A DNA stretch of 57,084 nucleotides, from contig JACPLG010000013.1 in assembly GCA_016186625.1 (NCBI GenBank), positions 1 through 57,084 on the forward strand, given 5' to 3'. Below the pieces are notes generated by a model that was not told the DNA's origin, searched no databases, and saw only the letters and a list, made by a program, of their open reading frames with translations. Shown piece after piece: positions 16,049 to 25,242 of this stretch (the stretch's first letter is position 1; the number at the start of each line of letters is the position of its first letter). Source of the DNA: Candidatus Levyibacteriota bacterium. Lineage in GTDB: Bacteria > Patescibacteriota > Microgenomatia > Levybacterales > UBA12049. Both the position numbers and the translations under genes were made by a program.

Positions 16049-16993
16049 ATGTTAGCTTTAATAGGAGTAAAAAAATCGCAAAGCCAAAAGTTTTTGGAAA
16101 ACGGAATGCGAATTCCGGTTACTCTTATTGACGTTAAGGGTAACTGTGTAATTGCAGTTAAGACTTCGGAGCGCGATCATTACCAAGCTGTACAGCTTGG
16201 TTTTGGTATTAAGAAGAATGCAACGCGCGCAGAAGTGGGACATGGTAAAGGGGCCAAGAGAGATATGGCCCCTAAATTTTTAAAAGAAGTCAGAATTCTT
16301 GATGATTCTCCACTTCCGCAAGTCGGTTCGGTCCTGAATCCTTCGGAAGTTTTTCAGCCTGGAGACACAGTTAATGTCTCAGGTGTCTCAAAAGGAAAAG
16401 GATTCGCTGGAGTTGTTAAAAGACACGGGTTTCATGGCGGTCCAAAAACTCACGGACAGTCGGACAGGCACAGAGCTCCCGGTGCAATTGGCCAGGGAAC
16501 AACGCCGGGAAGAGTGTATAGAGGCAAAAAAATGGCGGGCAGAATGGGAACGGACAACGTAACTGTTAGAAATTTAAAAATAGTTGATGTTACGGCTGAC
16601 GGGGTTTTGGTAGTTAAAGGATTAGTTCCGGGAATCACTGACGGTTTGATTGTTGTTAAAAAGGTTGGAGAAGACAAGAAGTTTGTACCGCTTTATAAAG
16701 AGGTGGAAGAAGTATCAAGCGTATCAAAGGTATCAGAGGGAGAAGGTTCGGCCGCCTCCGTTGCACAAGACGAAGCTTCGGACGAGCCAAAGGAAACCTC
16801 AGAAAACTCGGAGAAATCAGACGATCAGAATGTCAGTGGATCGGAAAATCAGAACGAACAAGTAGAAGTTTCCGGAAATCAGAATTCGGATGTTCAGAGT
16901 TCAGATACTGATCAGGAGAAAACTAGCGAAGTGCCAGGAGCAAGTAGTGAGAAGCCAGTAGCTGAAGCAGAAGGAGAAAAAGATGCCAAATAA
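16049..16993 (+). CDS. rplC: 50S ribosomal protein L3 with ~100-aa acidic Ser/Glu-rich C-terminal extension
   Basis: MLALIGVKKSQSQKF..., FQPGDTVNVSGVSKGKGFAGVVKRHGF and GQSDRHRAPGAIG are present. Confidence 0.93.
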   Translation: MLALIGVKKSQSQKFLENGMRIPVTLIDVKGNCVIAVKTSERDHYQAVQLGFGIKKNATRAEVGHGKGAKRDMAPKFLKEVRILDDSPLPQVGSVLNPSEVFQPGDTVNVSGVSKGKGFAGVVKRHGFHGGPKTHGQSDRHRAPGAIGQGTTPGRVYRGKKMAGRMGTDNVTVRNLKIVDVTADGVLVVKGLVPGITDGLIVVKKVGEDKKFVPLYKEVEEVSSVSKVSEGEGSAASVAQDEASDEPKETSENSEKSDDQNVSGSENQNEQVEVSGNQNSDVQSSDTDQEKTSEVPGASSEKPVAEAEGEKDAK

Positions 16994-17771
16994 GATAGCA
17001 AATAGCAAAAAGCAAATAGCAAATAGTAAGATTAAGAGAACGGTTCGGAAAACTGCGGGGAAAACAGTTCGAGGTTCGGTAAGGCGAGGTTCTCCTTCTG
17101 CACCAATGTATGATGCAAAAGGGGCAAAGCACGGAACATTTGCCTTACCTCGCGAAGTTTTTGGAGCAAAAATAAATCAGCCTTTAATGGCCCAGGCAGT
17201 TAGGGTATACCTATCAAATCAGCGAGTTGGTAGCGCTAACACAAAAACGAGAGGCGAAGTTTCGCTCACTACTGCCAAATGGTACAGACAAAAAGGAACA
17301 GGAAGGGCGCGGCATGGAGCAAAGTCTGCTCCGATTTTTGTTGGAGGAGGGGTTGCCCATGGGCCAAGAGCTAGAGATTACTCGCTAGCACTTCCGAAAA
17401 AAATGAAAAAAGCAGCCCTACGCTCAGCCCTTTCATTAAAAGCATCGGCGGGAGAAATCAAAGTTTTATCAGGATTAACAAAAATTGAACCAAAAACCAA
17501 AAATATCGCGAAGATATTCGCAAAAGTAACGGATGATAAAAACCAAAAGAAAAGAATTCTCTTGATAACTTCTGAAGCACAAAAAGATTTGGAAAATGTA
17601 TATAGGGCAGGAAGAAACATTAAAAATGTAGAAATTACTGCCGCGAGACTCTTAAATACATATGAGGTTCTTAAGCACAAGAATTTACTTTTTATGAAAG
17701 AAGCGGTTGAAGTTTTAGCCAGGTCCACGTCAAACACAGCTTCGGCAAACGCTGTAAAGAGGACTAAATAG
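16983..17771 (+). CDS. rplD: 50S ribosomal protein L4 (possible 41-aa N-terminal extension; alternative start 17107)
   Basis: TKTRGEVSLTTAKWYRQKGTGRARHG is present. The canonical core begins at MYDAKG. The upstream extension is encoded by TAGCAAA word repeats. Confidence 0.9.
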   Translation: MPNKIANSKKQIANSKIKRTVRKTAGKTVRGSVRRGSPSAPMYDAKGAKHGTFALPREVFGAKINQPLMAQAVRVYLSNQRVGSANTKTRGEVSLTTAKWYRQKGTGRARHGAKSAPIFVGGGVAHGPRARDYSLALPKKMKKAALRSALSLKASAGEIKVLSGLTKIEPKTKNIAKIFAKVTDDKNQKKRILLITSEAQKDLENVYRAGRNIKNVEITAARLLNTYEVLKHKNLLFMKEAVEVLARSTSNTASANAVKRTK

Positions 17772-18070
17772 TGAATGTGATAATTTCGCCAATCATAACT
17801 GAAAAATCAATGCTTGACGCTTCTGCGGGAAAGTTCACTTTTAAAGTTTATAAGAGCGCAAACAAAAATGAGATCAAAAAAGAAGTTGAGAAAAGATTCA
17901 ATGTCAATGTGACGCATATTTCAACGAATATTTTAAAGGGAAGAAAAATAAGAGTAGGAGCAAGAAGAACAGAAAAAAGTGTTTCTGACTCTAAAAAAGC
18001 AATTGTTACTGTTAAAAAGGGACAAAAAATAGGATTGTTTGAGCTAGGAGATGAAAAAAATAAAAAATAA
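17771..18070 (+). CDS. rplW: 50S ribosomal protein L23
   Basis: ISPIITEKS...KFTFKV...ANKNEIKKEVEKRFNVNV is present, with a GTG start. Confidence 0.9.
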   Translation: MNVIISPIITEKSMLDASAGKFTFKVYKSANKNEIKKEVEKRFNVNVTHISTNILKGRKIRVGARRTEKSVSDSKKAIVTVKKGQKIGLFELGDEKNKK

Positions 18071-18090
18071 AATATAAAAATTAAAAAAAT

Positions 18091-18828
18091 ATGAAGAAAT
18101 TATTTAAAATTAAAAAGAAAAAGTCTGGAAGAAGTAGAGGGCAAGTGGTTGTCAGGCATCAGGGCGGAGAACATAAAAGGTATCTTCGAGAAATCGATTT
18201 TAAAAGAGATAAATCTGATATTTGGGGAAGTGTTGTTTCAATTGAGTACGATCCAAACAGAAAAGCCAGAATTGCTCTTGTAAGTTATTCAGACGGAGAG
18301 AAAAGATATATAATTGCGCCCTCTGATTTAAAAGTTAATGATAAAGTTTTAGCCGGAAAAGATGCCGATATAAAAGTTGGAAATTCACTGCCGCTTGGCT
18401 CTATTCCGGTGGGAACAGTGGTTCATAATGTTGAGCTTACTCCAGGAAGAGGAGGACAATTAGCAAGAGGTGCGGGAACCGGCGCTATTATACAAGCCCG
18501 AGAAGGTAACTATGTTCAGATAAAACTTCCGTCAGGAGAATTAAGAAAAGTTCTTAGTGCGTGTATGGCAACAGTTGGGACGATATCCAATATTGATTGG
18601 AAAAATGAAGTTATAGGCTCAGCCGGTAGAAAACGCCATATGGGAATTAGGCCAACAGTCAGAGGAGTTGCTCAAAACCCAAGATCACACGCTCACGGCG
18701 GAGGAGAAGGAAGATCCGGAATTGGACTTAAACGACCAAAGACTTACGCAGGGCGTCCTGCGTTTGGAAAAACAAGAAATCCAAAGAAATATTCGAATAA
18801 ATATATCTTAAAAAGGAGGGGCAAATAG
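18091..18828 (+). CDS. rplB: 50S ribosomal protein L2 (N-terminus ~30 aa shorter than typical)
   Basis: [37 protein letters not shown] and HAHGGGEG are present. Confidence 0.93.
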   Translation: MKKLFKIKKKKSGRSRGQVVVRHQGGEHKRYLREIDFKRDKSDIWGSVVSIEYDPNRKARIALVSYSDGEKRYIIAPSDLKVNDKVLAGKDADIKVGNSLPLGSIPVGTVVHNVELTPGRGGQLARGAGTGAIIQAREGNYVQIKLPSGELRKVLSACMATVGTISNIDWKNEVIGSAGRKRHMGIRPTVRGVAQNPRSHAHGGGEGRSGIGLKRPKTYAGRPAFGKTRNPKKYSNKYILKRRGK

Positions 18829-18876
18829 TTACAAGTTCGATTTGGACTAACAACTTATAACTAAGAACTAATAACT
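18829..18876. repeat. TTATAAG-word hairpin element, copy 1
   Basis: TTACAAGTTCGATTTGGACTAACAACTTATAACTAAGAACTAATAACT is homologous to 19217, 23075 and 31091. Confidence 0.8.
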
Positions 18877-18884
18877 GAAAGAGT

Positions 18885-19169
18885 ATGTCAAGATCAAGTA
18901 AAAAAGGTCCGTTTGTTGACCTAAAATTAATGAAAAAAGTCATGATGCAGAAGCAAAGCGGAGATAAAACCGCTATAAAAACGTGGGCAAGATCAAGCCA
19001 GATTCCTCCGGAGTTTGTGGGACACACTTTTGCAATTCACAATGGAAGGAATTTTATTAATGTTTTTATTTTGGAGGCAATGGTAGGACATCGGCTTGGG
19101 GAATTTTCGCCAACCAGAACATTTAGGGCACATGGAAGAGTAGTAGCGAGGGAAATCTCTAAAACATAA
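18885..19169 (+). CDS. rpsS: 30S ribosomal protein S19
   Basis: [11 protein letters not shown]...HTFAIHNGR...[13 protein letters not shown] is present. Confidence 0.95.
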   Translation: MSRSSKKGPFVDLKLMKKVMMQKQSGDKTAIKTWARSSQIPPEFVGHTFAIHNGRNFINVFILEAMVGHRLGEFSPTRTFRAHGRVVAREISKT

Positions 19170-19216
19170 AAAAATTCAAAAATGCAAAATTCAAAATTAC
19201 AATTAAAGGAGGAAAA

Positions 19217-19285
19217 GTTATAAGTTATAAATTATGAGTTATAAGTTCGGGCTAAACTAATAACTTATAACTAAGAACTAATAAT
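19217..19285. repeat. TTATAAG-word hairpin element, copy 2
   Basis: The sequence is GTTATAAGTTATAAATTATGAGTTATAAGTTCGGGCTAAACTAATAACTTATAACTAAGAACTAATAA. Confidence 0.8.
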
Positions 19286-19296
19286 TTAATTTGTTT

Positions 19297-19719
19297 ATGC
19301 AAATTGTTACTAGGGTAAATGATTTAAGAATCAGTACAAGAAAGATAAGATTGGCAGCAGAAGCTGTTAGAAATTTGGGTGTTTCAGAAGCGCTAGACTC
19401 TTTATCAGTTATTGAAAAAAGAGGAAGCAGAGCTTTGGAAAAAGTTCTAAGATCTGCAATTGCCAACGCAGTGAATAATTCAAAGCTTGATAGGGCAAGT
19501 CTCATGATTAAAAGTATTGATGTAAATGAGGGAACAGCGCTTAAGCGATATAGGCCATCAACGAGAGGAAGAGTGCATCCTTATAAAAAAAGAAGCACCA
19601 ATATTAGGATAGTGCTGGAAGAAAAATCCGAAATAAGAAATACGAAATCCGAAACAAATTCAAAAGGAAAAAATAACGAAAAACAAATAGAAATAGAAGA
19701 AAAGGAGGTTACGAAATAG
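19297..19719 (+). CDS. rplV: 50S ribosomal protein L22 with Lys/Glu-rich C-terminal extension
   Basis: LRISTRKIRLAAEAVRNL and RYRPSTRGRVHPYKKRSTNIRIVL are present. The tail is encoded by CGAAA/TCCGAAA words. Confidence 0.92.
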   Translation: MQIVTRVNDLRISTRKIRLAAEAVRNLGVSEALDSLSVIEKRGSRALEKVLRSAIANAVNNSKLDRASLMIKSIDVNEGTALKRYRPSTRGRVHPYKKRSTNIRIVLEEKSEIRNTKSETNSKGKNNEKQIEIEEKEVTK

Positions 19720-19755
19720 TTTCGAATTTCGATATTCGAGTTTCGAATTTTAATC

Positions 19756-20400
19756 GTGGGACATAAAGTAAATCCAAAATTATTCAGACTCGGCCCAGTT
19801 TATAACTGGGATAGCAGATGGTTTGATGATAAAAATTACGCAGCAACTCTTCTTGAGGATTACAAATTGCGAAAGGCCATTGTGGAAAAGCTTAAGACTG
19901 CCGGAATTTCTTCTGTTGAGATAGAGCGCTCAATAAATAGCATCAGAATTACTGCTTATGTTTCCAAACCCGGAATTGTTATCGGAAGAGGTGGGGCAGG
20001 GCTTGAAGAGCTTAAGAAATTTTTAGTTAAAGAACTTTTAAAAACTAAGAAAGGGAAAACTCTGCCAAAGATGGATATAAGAATAGAGCCGATTAAAGAA
20101 CCAAATCTTGATGCATATCTGGTTGCGAAAAATATTTCTGACCAATTGGCTAGACGTATGCCACACAAAAGAGTTATGACACAGGCTGTTGAGCGAGCTA
20201 TGACATCCGGTGCACTTGGCATTAGAGTGGTTCTTGCAGGAAGGATCGGAGGAGCAGAGATTGGAAGACGAGAAAAATTACAGCAAGGAACAGTGCCTCT
20301 ATCAACAATTAGAGAGCATATAAGCTTTGCAAGCGTTCCTTCTCTTACAAAAAAGGGCTACATTGGAGTCAAAGTCTGGATTAATAGGAAAGAAAGTTAA
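19756..20400 (+). CDS. rpsC: 30S ribosomal protein S3
   Basis: GHKVNPKLFRLG, a KH domain and GRIGGAEIGRRE are present, with a GTG start. Confidence 0.95.
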   Translation: MGHKVNPKLFRLGPVYNWDSRWFDDKNYAATLLEDYKLRKAIVEKLKTAGISSVEIERSINSIRITAYVSKPGIVIGRGGAGLEELKKFLVKELLKTKKGKTLPKMDIRIEPIKEPNLDAYLVAKNISDQLARRMPHKRVMTQAVERAMTSGALGIRVVLAGRIGGAEIGRREKLQQGTVPLSTIREHISFASVPSLTKKGYIGVKVWINRKES

Positions 20401-20443
20401 AAATTAAAAATGAAAAATTCAAAATTACAATTAAAAATTAATT

Positions 20444-20546
20444 CGCTCGGGGTCCTGTCGCTCGTTCTCCCTCCCGCCAGTGCTCGTTCACGACTCACTG
20501 AGCTCCGCGCTGTCGGGATCCCTTCCACTCGCACCACCCCTCGCTT
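20444..20546 (+). repeat. ~100-nt GC-rich element, copy A
   Basis: It is about 88% identical by eye to the reverse complement of 27080-27179. GC content is far above the surrounding sequence. Confidence 0.9.
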
Positions 20547-20597
20547 AATTGGATATTGGAAATTTGAAATTGGATATTCTGCCCTGAAAGGAGAGCC

Positions 20598-21008
20598 ATG
20601 TTAGTACCAAAGAGAGCTAAATATAGAAAACAAATGAGAGGGAAACTTACAGGAGTTGCCCATGCCGGGACCAGAATTTCCTTTGGAGAATATGGACTCA
20701 TTTCTGAAGGGACTGGTTGGGTTACGGCGCGTCAGATTGAATCAGCAAGACGTGCAATAACTCATTATACGCAGCGTGGTGGACGCGTCTGGATAAGAAT
20801 TTTTCCGGATAAGCCAATTTCTAAGAAACCGCCGGAGGTCAGGATGGGAGGAGGAAAAGGGGATGTAACTGAATTTGTGGCACCGGTTAAGCGCGGCAGA
20901 ATGCTCTTTGAAATGGCAGGAGTAGATAGTGAAACCGCTTATGCGGCACTAAGACTCGCTGCGCATAAATTAAGCGTTAAAACAAGAATAGTAAAAAAAG
21001 AGGAATAA
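20598..21008 (+). CDS. rplP: 50S ribosomal protein L16
   Basis: [15 protein letters not shown]...RMGGGKG is present. Confidence 0.96.
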   Translation: MLVPKRAKYRKQMRGKLTGVAHAGTRISFGEYGLISEGTGWVTARQIESARRAITHYTQRGGRVWIRIFPDKPISKKPPEVRMGGGKGDVTEFVAPVKRGRMLFEMAGVDSETAYAALRLAAHKLSVKTRIVKKEE

Positions 21009-21011
21009 AAT

Positions 21012-21248
21012 ATGAAATTAAAAGAAATTATTGGAAAATCTGATAAAGAGTTAAAAGAGCTTCTTTCAGAGAAAAATGAAGAATTGATTAAACTTAAGCT
21101 TGATAACAAACTTAATAAGCTTAAAAATACAAGGTCAATTTTCAATGCTCGGAAGGAGATTGCAAGAATCTTAACCCTTATTAAGGAAAGAGAGTTAGCC
21201 CTTCGACAAGCTCAGGAAGAATCGCCAAAGGAGGAAAAAGAGTTATAG
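21012..21248 (+). CDS. rpmC: 50S ribosomal protein L29
   Basis: Size, position and the KELKELLSEKNEELIKLK pattern support the call. Confidence 0.85.
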   Translation: MKLKEIIGKSDKELKELLSEKNEELIKLKLDNKLNKLKNTRSIFNARKEIARILTLIKERELALRQAQEESPKEEKEL

Positions 21249-21266
21249 GCTAATAACTAGTAAGTT

Positions 21267-21674
21267 ATGAAAATATTTGAAGGAATTATTGTTTCAACAG
21301 GAATGAAAAATACAGCTGTGGTGGAGCTTTACAGAAAAACGCCCCATCCAATATACAAAAAACTTATAAAGAGAAGTAAAAAATTTAAGGCAGACAACAG
21401 AGGCTTTGAGGAAGCAGGGGTTGGAACTCTAGTTCAGATTACCGAGACTAGGCCGATTTCCAAAGACAAACATTTCAAGATTACAAAAATTGTAGGCCAA
21501 AGAGAAATAATAAATGAAAAACCTGAAACTACAGTGTCACTGAAAGAAACTGAAGTACCCGCCGACGCTAAAGCTTTGGAGGGCAAGCAGAAAGAGTCTG
21601 GCAGAAAAGTAGCTAAATCAGCTAAGCCAGTAAAGAAAGTTGTTCGAAAGATAGCAAAGAAGGAGGCAAAATAG
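21267..21674 (+). CDS. rpsQ: 30S ribosomal protein S17 with ~50-aa C-terminal extension
   Basis: GIIVSTGMKNTAVVEL...YKK...KKFKADN...VQITETRPISKDKHF is present. Confidence 0.9.
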   Translation: MKIFEGIIVSTGMKNTAVVELYRKTPHPIYKKLIKRSKKFKADNRGFEEAGVGTLVQITETRPISKDKHFKITKIVGQREIINEKPETTVSLKETEVPADAKALEGKQKESGRKVAKSAKPVKKVVRKIAKKEAK

Positions 21675-21728
21675 TTTAAAGTTCAAAGTAAAAAGTTCAA
21701 AATTAACTTTTAACTTTTAATTAATATC

Positions 21729-22103
21729 ATGGTACAGCATAGGAGTATCTTAAAAGTTGCAGATAATTCAGGAGCAAAAACTTTAATGGTGATTCAAGCA
21801 AGGGGTGGCTCAAAAAGAAAATTTGGATACCTGGGAGAGGTTATAAAATGCGTGGTAAAAGAAGCAAGTCCAACTGGAGCGGTTAGGGAGAGCGACATGG
21901 TAGAAGCCATTCTTGTAAGAACCCGAAAAGAACATAGAAGACAGGATGGATCATATATAAGATTTTCAGACAATGCGGCAGTTCTGATTGATAACAGAAA
22001 AGATAAAAATCCGATCGGTACAAGAATATTTGGACCGGTTGCAAGAGAGATAAGAGACAAAGGTTTCACCAAGATTACCAGTATGGCCGCAGAGGTATTA
22101 TAA
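21729..22103 (+). CDS. rplN: 50S ribosomal protein L14
   Basis: [17 protein letters not shown]...[11 protein letters not shown] is present. Confidence 0.96.
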   Translation: MVQHRSILKVADNSGAKTLMVIQARGGSKRKFGYLGEVIKCVVKEASPTGAVRESDMVEAILVRTRKEHRRQDGSYIRFSDNAAVLIDNRKDKNPIGTRIFGPVAREIRDKGFTKITSMAAEVL

Positions 22104-22187
22104 TATGAATCCCGTTAGAAAAATTTCGTCTAAAGCAGTAAATTTTAATATAACATTAAGCCTTTTAAGGAGGGGTAATCTAGCGGG

Positions 22188-22493
22188 ATGAAGCTCAAAC
22201 GTGGGGATGAAGTTATTGTTGTCAAAGGAAAAGATAGGGGTAAAAAAGGAAAGATAGAGAAGGTTTTGATAAAAGAGAATATGGTTTTGGTGCCGGGTGT
22301 AAATCTTTATAAGAGACATTACAAATCCAGAACTCAAACCAAGCCTTCTGAGATTATAGAGATAACAAAGCCGCTTCCAATTGGGAATGTGGCAATTATT
22401 TGTCCAAATTGTCATAAAGAGACGAGAATAGGATATAAGATTGATAATAAAGAGAAAGTGAGGATTTGCAGAAAATGCAATAAAAAAATATAA
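22188..22493 (+). CDS. rplX: 50S ribosomal protein L24 (with CxxC...CxxC zinc-ribbon tail)
   Basis: MKLKRGDEVIVVKGKDRGKKGKI is a KOW motif. CPNCHK...CRKCNK follows. Confidence 0.9.
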   Translation: MKLKRGDEVIVVKGKDRGKKGKIEKVLIKENMVLVPGVNLYKRHYKSRTQTKPSEIIEITKPLPIGNVAIICPNCHKETRIGYKIDNKEKVRICRKCNKKI

Positions 22494-22495
22494 AA

Positions 22496-23038
22496 ATGGA
22501 AAATTTAGCAACGACTTTTAATACAAACATAGCCGGGAATCTTAAAAAAGAACTGGGTCTTAAAAACAAATACGCTGTTCCAAGACTTAAGAAGATCGTA
22601 ATTAACATGGGAATAAAGGATGCATTAGCAGATAAAAAGAATATTGAAATTGCAACTGAAGTATTGGCTAAGATTTCCGGACAAAAACCAAAAGTGACAA
22701 AAGCCCGAAAATCTATTTCAACATTCAAACTTAGAGAAGGGGATAAAATTGGAGTAATGGTAACCTTGCGGAGAAAAAGAATGTATGATTTTTACGAAAA
22801 ATTAGTAAAGATAGTTTTGCCTAGACTGCGAGATTTTCGCGGAGTTACAACAAAAAGTTTTGACGGAAGGGGTAATTATTCACTAGGTTTTTCAGAGTCA
22901 ATAGTATTTCCTGAAATTGATCCTTCAAAAATCGAGAAGGTCCAAAGTCTTGAAGTAACAATTATAACATCAGCAGCAAATGATAGAGAAGGGGAGCTGC
23001 TTTTAAGAGCACTGGGAATGCCATTCCAAAAAATTTAA
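22496..23038 (+). CDS. rplE: 50S ribosomal protein L5
   Basis: PRLKKIVINMG...KFKLREGDKIGVMVTLR...RDFRG...FDGRGNYSLG is present. Confidence 0.95.
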   Translation: MENLATTFNTNIAGNLKKELGLKNKYAVPRLKKIVINMGIKDALADKKNIEIATEVLAKISGQKPKVTKARKSISTFKLREGDKIGVMVTLRRKRMYDFYEKLVKIVLPRLRDFRGVTTKSFDGRGNYSLGFSESIVFPEIDPSKIEKVQSLEVTIITSAANDREGELLLRALGMPFQKI

Positions 23039-23074
23039 AATGAAAAAGTCAAAACTACAATTAAAGGAGAAAAA

Positions 23075-23105
23075 GTTATAACTTATAACTAAGTACTAAT
23101 AACTA
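23075..23105. repeat. TTATAAG-word element, short copy 3
   Basis: The sequence is GTTATAACTTATAACTAAGTACTAATAACTA. Confidence 0.7.
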
Positions 23106-23113
23106 GTTAAGCC

Positions 23114-23299
23114 ATGGCTAAAAAATCAAATATTGTTAAATTTCAAAAAAAGCAAAAATACAATGTTAGGAAAAAGAACATTTGTAATATTTGTGGAAGA
23201 TCAAAAGGATTCATGCGAAAATTCGGAATATGCAGAATCTGTTTTAGAGAACTTGCAATGAAGGGAGAATTACCGGGTGTTATAAAAGCCAGTTGGTAA
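23114..23299 (+). CDS. rpsN: 30S ribosomal protein S14 type Z
   Basis: It is 61 aa with [23 protein letters not shown] and ends in W. Confidence 0.95.
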   Translation: MAKKSNIVKFQKKQKYNVRKKNICNICGRSKGFMRKFGICRICFRELAMKGELPGVIKASW

Positions 23300-23335
23300 A
23301 TAAGTTAATAGTTTAAGGTTAAAAATTAAAAGTTT

Positions 23336-23728
23336 ATGAATCATACAGTTTCAGATTTTTTGACTAGAATAAAAAACGCTTCAATGGCAAGACGCCGGGA
23401 AGTAACTTTACCTTATTCAAATATAACTAAAGAAATAGGAAAGGTACTTGTGAAAGAAGGATTTTTGCAAGAAATCAAAGAAGCAAAAAAAGATAACCGG
23501 AGATCTTTGCATGCAGTGATTGCTTATGAGAAAAGAAGCCCTAGGCTTTCCGATGCAGTTATGGTTTCAAAACCTTCTCTTAGGGTTTACAAAACTTCAA
23601 AGACTATTTCAGATATTGAAAGAAGGGGAAAACATAAAGTGATTCTAACAACCAGTCAAGGTGTTATGACAGGTAAAGACGCCCGGAAAAAAGGAATAGG
23701 AGGAGAAATTTTGTTCGAAATTTGGTAG
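23336..23728 (+). CDS. rpsH: 30S ribosomal protein S8
   Basis: SDFLTRIKNA...TSQGVMTGKDARKKGIGGEILFEIW is present. Confidence 0.95.
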   Translation: MNHTVSDFLTRIKNASMARRREVTLPYSNITKEIGKVLVKEGFLQEIKEAKKDNRRSLHAVIAYEKRSPRLSDAVMVSKPSLRVYKTSKTISDIERRGKHKVILTTSQGVMTGKDARKKGIGGEILFEIW

Positions 23729-23817
23729 GACAGACAGGGAATAGGAAAATAAGATTAAAGTGATAAGTTTAAAATATTCTGATCACTGAAATCTTTTAAT
23801 CCTAAAATCTTAAAATT

Positions 23818-24375
23818 ATGTCAAAAATAGCAAAAAAACCAGTTCAAATAGTAGAAGGCGTACAAGTTATTCTTGAAAATGACCAAATTAAAATAGCAGG
23901 ATCTAAAGGAAATTTGATTTTTAATATACCGCAAGGCATTGGCGTAAAAATTGAAAATGATAAAGTTATTATTTCGCAGAAGGAAGAGACAGAGCGGGCA
24001 AAAGCTTTATCAGGTTTGGTTAGAGCAAATATCGCAAATATGATAAAAGGTGTCGTGGATGGTTTCTCAAAAAAACTAGAGCTCACCGGAGTTGGATACA
24101 GAGCTCAAGCAGCCGGAAACAGCCTTACTCTTTCCGTTGGATATTCTCATCCGGTAATTATTAAAGCAGACCCGACCATTTCGTTTTCAGTTGAAGATAA
24201 TATTATTACCGTAGAAGGGCCGGATAAAACTCTAGTTGGAGACACAGCGGCAAAAGTAAGGTCAGTTAGGCCCCCAGAACCATATAAAGGAAAAGGAATT
24301 AAATATCAGGGAGAATATATAAGAAGAAAAGTCGGAAAAGCGGCAAAAGCGATAGGAGCAATAGGAACGAAATAA
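23818..24375 (+). CDS. rplF: 50S ribosomal protein L6
   Basis: SKIAKKPV...LELTGVGYRA...PEPYKGKGIKY is present. Confidence 0.95.
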   Translation: MSKIAKKPVQIVEGVQVILENDQIKIAGSKGNLIFNIPQGIGVKIENDKVIISQKEETERAKALSGLVRANIANMIKGVVDGFSKKLELTGVGYRAQAAGNSLTLSVGYSHPVIIKADPTISFSVEDNIITVEGPDKTLVGDTAAKVRSVRPPEPYKGKGIKYQGEYIRRKVGKAAKAIGAIGTK

Positions 24376-24404
24376 AATAAAATATAAAATATAAAAAATA
24401 AAAT

Positions 24405-24746
24405 ATGAAAAAGAAGAATAGACAATTGAGAAGAAAAGTTCGAATCAGATCAAAAATCAGCTCTAATAAAGATCGATTAAGGCTGTCTGTTTACAGATCG
24501 AATAAACATCTTTTTGTCCAGCTCATAGATGATGTTAAGGGTAATACATTGCTTGGAGTATCAGATAAAAGTTTAAAAGACGGCGGGACAAAAACTGAAA
24601 GAGCTAAGGCACTCGGCCTTTTACTTGCAAGTAAATTAAAAATAAAGAAAATTAAAAAAATAGTTTTTGACAGAGGAAGCTATGCATATCATGGGAGAGT
24701 AAAGAGTATTGCAGAAGGACTCAGGGAAGGAGGAGTAGAATTTTAA
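24405..24746 (+). CDS. rplR: 50S ribosomal protein L18
   Basis: RLSVYRSNKHLFVQLIDD...VFDRGSYAYHGRVKSIAEGLREGG is present. Confidence 0.95.
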   Translation: MKKKNRQLRRKVRIRSKISSNKDRLRLSVYRSNKHLFVQLIDDVKGNTLLGVSDKSLKDGGTKTERAKALGLLLASKLKIKKIKKIVFDRGSYAYHGRVKSIAEGLREGGVEF

Positions 24747-24747
24747 A

Positions 24748-25242
24748 ATGAAAGATACAAATATAACTGCCCAGATTGACAGAAAACAGGAAGAGTATGA
24801 AGAAAAAATAGTCCAGGTTAATCGCGTTTCCAAAAAAACAAAAGGAGGAAATAAGATTGGATTCTCTGCTCTTGCTGTTGTTGGTGACGGAAAGGGAAAA
24901 GTAGGAGTTGGTCTTGGTAAGGCACCGGATGTCTCCTCAGCTATCCGAAAAGGAGTAAGTATTGCAAAAAAGAATATGGTGGAAATTCCGATTATAAATG
25001 GAACAATTCCTTTTGAATTCAACATAAAACTGGGGGCTGCCAAGGTTCTTTTAAAACCCGCACCTCCAGGCTCAGGTGTTATTGCGGGAGGGGCAGTTAG
25101 AAGCGTTGTAACTGCTGCAGGAATCCATAATATCTCATCAAAAGTTCTTGGAACAAAAAATCAGGCGAGTAATGTTTATGCAACAATTGAAGCATTAAGA
25201 CTTTTATCTTTAAGATATAAAAGGGAACAGGAAAGGAAATAA
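24748..25242 (+). CDS. rpsE: 30S ribosomal protein S5
   Basis: VNRVSKKTKGGNKIGFSALAVVGDGKGKVGVGLGKA is present. Confidence 0.95.
   Translation: MKDTNITAQIDRKQEEYEEKIVQVNRVSKKTKGGNKIGFSALAVVGDGKGKVGVGLGKAPDVSSAIRKGVSIAKKNMVEIPIINGTIPFEFNIKLGAAKVLLKPAPPGSGVIAGGAVRSVVTAAGIHNISSKVLGTKNQASNVYATIEALRLLSLRYKREQERK

Noticed and set aside
20410-20604. ORFs 20410..20604 (+) and 27078..27320 (-), which translate the ~100-nt GC-rich repeat.
   Set aside because: The two copies differ by an indel that changes the frame upstream, and one copy ends with a stop at the element edge. Conservation is therefore at the nucleotide level, not the protein level.
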